Made by a program: the position numbers and the translations under genes
In this document: positions 60,381 through 64,000 of the stretch, in pieces
Layout of the letters: each line of letters opens with the position of its first letter
How positions within the stretch are numbered: the stretch's first letter is position 1
The notes under the pieces: model-generated
What the model saw: only the letters and a program-made list of their open reading frames with translations
What the model was told of the DNA's origin: nothing
The model's database searches: none
NCBI RefSeq assembly: GCF_028641065.1
Contig: NC_073391.1
Span: 23,560,001-23,624,000 of the forward strand
Reading direction: 5' to 3'
Source of the DNA: Leucoraja erinacea
Taxonomy: Eukaryota
DNA length: 64,000 nt

Positions 60381-63300
60381 AAAATTAATGTTTTTAGATA
60401 ATTTGTAGATAAAGTCCCAAATAGTGTTCTTCAGCATTTTCTGTTTGAACATTGGAGTAAAAAGGATGCAGAGTACAGCTCGTGGACCTGCTGTTTCATA
60501 ATGTTGGAGACCTGCGTTTAATCCGGACCTTGGGTCTTATCCATGTCGAATTTACCCAATGATTATATGGCTTTTTCTAGATGACTGGTTTCCTCCCACA
60601 TCCAAAAGCTGTGCAGGGTGATAGGTTAATTGGCCACTGTAAATTGCCCCTCGTGACTACGCGAGAGGTAGAATCTGGGGGGAGTTCATAGGATCATGGG
60701 TTCTGTGCTTTTCTTTTTTACTTTAAATTTGCGTTTGAGTTTCAGAATTTGCATTGAATAATGTAAATGCTTCTTCTGGCAGGCTAGCAGGATTATTTTA
60801 CGGTTTTACGATTAAGCCAAAAATAATGGATCACCAAAATCACTATGTTCATAAGCCAGGAGCTATTTAATACTTAATCTGTTGCTAACTAATTGAAAGA
60901 AAGTTTTAAATTTTTTTTAGCTTTTTTTAATTTTAAGGGAAAGCAGAAGACAAAAGCAAAGTGAAATGAAATGTCTCATTATTATTGACACTATCTGCAT
61001 ATGTTCTTCAGGAAAGTACATTTGTGGAATTATTCAGTCTGGCCTGTGTGGCTCGAAACAAGCAGTATAATAATTGGCTAATTGCCCTCTAAAATGGTCT
61101 TATCAAGGCTCACCATTCACGAGCAGCCTGGATAGAGTGATTAATCCTGACATTGCTTATGATTTTTGTAATTCATAAAATACCAAAGATTAGCAATAAC
61201 ATTTTAATCAATTATTTACATAAATATTTAGTGAATAGCAAACCATCTTATAGTTAAAGATGATATTGAATCACATTGCTTCGAAAAACAGGTTCACTAA
61301 TGATTGATATGATATTTGAGTAAATTCAGTATATATTGCCAAATCTGAAAGGTTTATGGGATGGAAAGTTAGTGATGGTGCTTCATTTCCAAAGACCAAT
61401 TACCTTTTACATTATAACTTCATGCAGTGAGTTTCTCAATGTTGCCTTTTGAAGGCAACATTCAATATTACGGTTTACATTGGGAAAATGTCTAATAGAC
61501 CAGCTACATAGCTGAGAAGAAAAATTATCTTGCAGTTTAGAACGTTGGCTTTCAAACAAGCTACACTTGAGCTTGAGAAAAATTGTATTAACTCCATATT
61601 TAATTCACTCATCCATTAACATAATGTTCAGTTCTTCTTTCTAGATAAAGCCGACTTTCAATGAGGAGAAGCAATAAACCTATGGCATTCTAAACATATA
61701 ACATGTAAACCTACGTTAGTTCTTCTCTTGTGGGATTGCTATTTAATGATCTCCTGAAATGAAACATTGGAGAAAGCCAAGTAAAACAATAAACTCTCTT
61801 GAATCATCTTTGTTCTATCTGGATATTGGAAATAGTTTGCAAAAACTCTGAAAACTTGAAGACAATAGATTGTAACTAGGTTTCATGTGAAAAACATGCC
61901 ACACAATGAAAATTGCTGCAAAACTACTAAAGGCTTCTTTTCGCAGGGTGTTGCTACTTTAGTGACTGGATGCTCACTTTAGGATCATTTTTAAAGGTTG
62001 TATTTATATTTTTGCATGTCTATATATAATTACATCATAATAGATATTGTATGAAAGAAGTGATTGCTGAGGAGGGAGGGAACTGAAGGAGCTGCATTCT
62101 GGTATTATGAGTTGTGTTCATGTTCAAATGAGTGTACATTGTGTATGTTGCTGATCATTTCAGGGATGTGTGAAACAGTTGCAGTTACACACTTTGGTAC
62201 AATTATTTTGTAGTGCTTCAAGCTATCCCCATCAGTTTGGGCAACATAATTTACCAAGTCAACGTATATTTACGCCTCCAAAGATTTGATGTTTGGTTCT
62301 TTCTTGTTATTAAATGCGTTTGCTTCTTTCAGTCCATGCCTCAATGAAATTGAATATGAATAGAATGCACAACATTTTCTCTCCGTGATATGTTTCCGCC
62401 TCCTCGTTGACAGGATTATTTTAGTTTTATTTAGCACAGTTTGAATTTATTAATTTATCAAACCATTGGTAAATTTGCAGGTTAGCAATGTTTTAATATT
62501 GTGATTCCTGCTGAAGGTTGTTCTTGTTTAATTTTAAGACACTATTTGTGAATCTCCAAAGGACTACATTCCATCGGCAATATGTTATTTACAGTGGACA
62601 TTTGACAAGATCAGAAAATGTAACAACTAAAATATGAACAATTTGGAGAGCAAATGAGAATCATTTTTGACTCATTAAGAGGGATGAACTATGGCAGTCA
62701 ATTTCTCTTGTAAGGTTATAGTTTCATTCCTTCATTTTACATTGCATGTAGTTGTTCCCAGTTGCTAAATTGGAGTCAAATCTTCAGCAGAGGGAATGTA
62801 AGCTGATACAGACATTTTAAAAAGGGTGAAGAAATGGTTTTGGTGGAAATCAGATGTACTACTTCCCTGTTTATTGAGATACATTTGGACATGAATGATC
62901 AGGATATGTTTCCAATGCAGTCCAAACATTCTGCAGCAACAGAATTGATCGATCTAATATTCAATTTTGCTTCCTGGATAAATCTGGTTCATAAAATGAT
63001 TTTATTCTTAAATAGTGCTGTGTTGTATATTTTAGCTCAGTAAGTCACATTTAATGTGATGTTTATTAGATTTCAGAATAGTTGAGTTACTTATTTACTC
63101 CCCAAATAGACATGATTAAATTAAATGTATTTTATAATAGAGATGACTCTGCTTCATATATTTTAAACAAGTCTGCACCAATGCACACAAAGCCAGCAAC
63201 AATATTTTAGTATGGATTTAATATGGATCAGTAATTTTATACGTAATGTTTTTTTCAATGATGATGTTCAAAATTGTCATCATAATCTTACTTTACCTTT

Positions 63301-63675
63301 TAATGTCCAAACGAAGGTCAAGTGTTAAATGGAAGAACTAAGATCATTCAATCATCTTTTTACTTGTTTTATAGTAAGAATGGAAAACCTGAACTAAAAA
63401 AATCTATAAAATTAAAACATAACATAATGATATAACACTTAGAACTGACTGCTTTGTTGTTTGATCATCAAATTTAAGTAGAGGATGCTGAAATATTTTA
63501 CATTTAAATGTTAATTAGCTGAAAGCTGCTCTCTTTGCTATTTGCAAAAGATGCCAAGTCCTTGCATCATGTGCTGGCTCCCTCCGCAACTATTCACATC
63601 ATGCAAAAAGAGCCCTGTGTGTATTCCAAAGCAGTTTACAGATTAGAGAGTGGTTTTGAAGTATTGTTACTGCTA

Positions 63676-63956
63676 GTTGAAGGTGGTTGCCGGAGGTTGC
63701 AAGTAGTGGCAACCAACTTCAACTAGCATCGCAACCGGCTTCGACTAAAAAATTACCGATTTTTAAAACGGCAGCCTATTTTTAGTTGAGGCTGGTTTTG
63801 AATTTTTTGAAATAATCTCCGGAACATAGAAGAAACGGAAACCACTTTCGACCACTTTCGACAGACAAAAACCTCCGGGAACTGCATGGAAACCTTGGGT
63901 GGGGCGCAAAGTCTCCAGAGGTTTCCGTTCAGGTTTCCTAAGTGGGACAGGGGCAT
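63676..63956. mobile_element. Harbinger-like MITE fragment (right TIR only)
   Basis: Ends aagtgggacaggggca|tta, related to the TIRs at 4294 and 33340; no left TIR found. Confidence 0.55.
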
Positions 63957-64000
63957 TAGGGTGTGGAGGGATGATTGTGTTGAACGCCAAGCTTTAGTCA

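Noticed and set aside
1-64000. Calling the host gene ATRN instead of ATRNL1
   Set aside because: Diagnostic residues as I recall them (YSLLID, INASNNF, WS.GST, GTISGEE, EYRD.FSYEKFNF) fit ATRNL1; a reciprocal BLAST would confirm.

Overview
Eukaryotic, repeat-rich intronic DNA from a cartilaginous fish, most likely a skate/ray (inferred from HE1-type SINEs and CR1/HER1-type LINEs). The only host gene I can support is attractin-like 1 (ATRNL1) on the + strand: four internal coding exons (9615-9667, 36235-36329, 52255-52333, 56493-56650) that splice in frame across introns of about 26.6, 15.9 and 4.2 kb. Most other recognisable features are transposable elements. The main one is a young, full-length DIRS1-type tyrosine-recombinase retrotransposon (12458-17555, - strand). 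It has gag, RT/RNaseH/methyltransferase-like and YR ORFs, perfect ITR/ICR repeats, an AAT crossover core, and a candidate one-donor/two-acceptor splicing scheme for pol and YR. Also present: non-autonomous Helitrons (one composite, plus a head-to-tail pair), a family of palindromic Penelope-like insertions with long TSDs and a hammerhead-like core, Tc1, hAT and Harbinger-like elements, CR1, Rex1, RTE, L1 and Tx1 fragments, and a locally copied SINE-spacer-SINE block flanked by 133-bp direct repeats. Family names come from motif recognition by eye; no database search was run.
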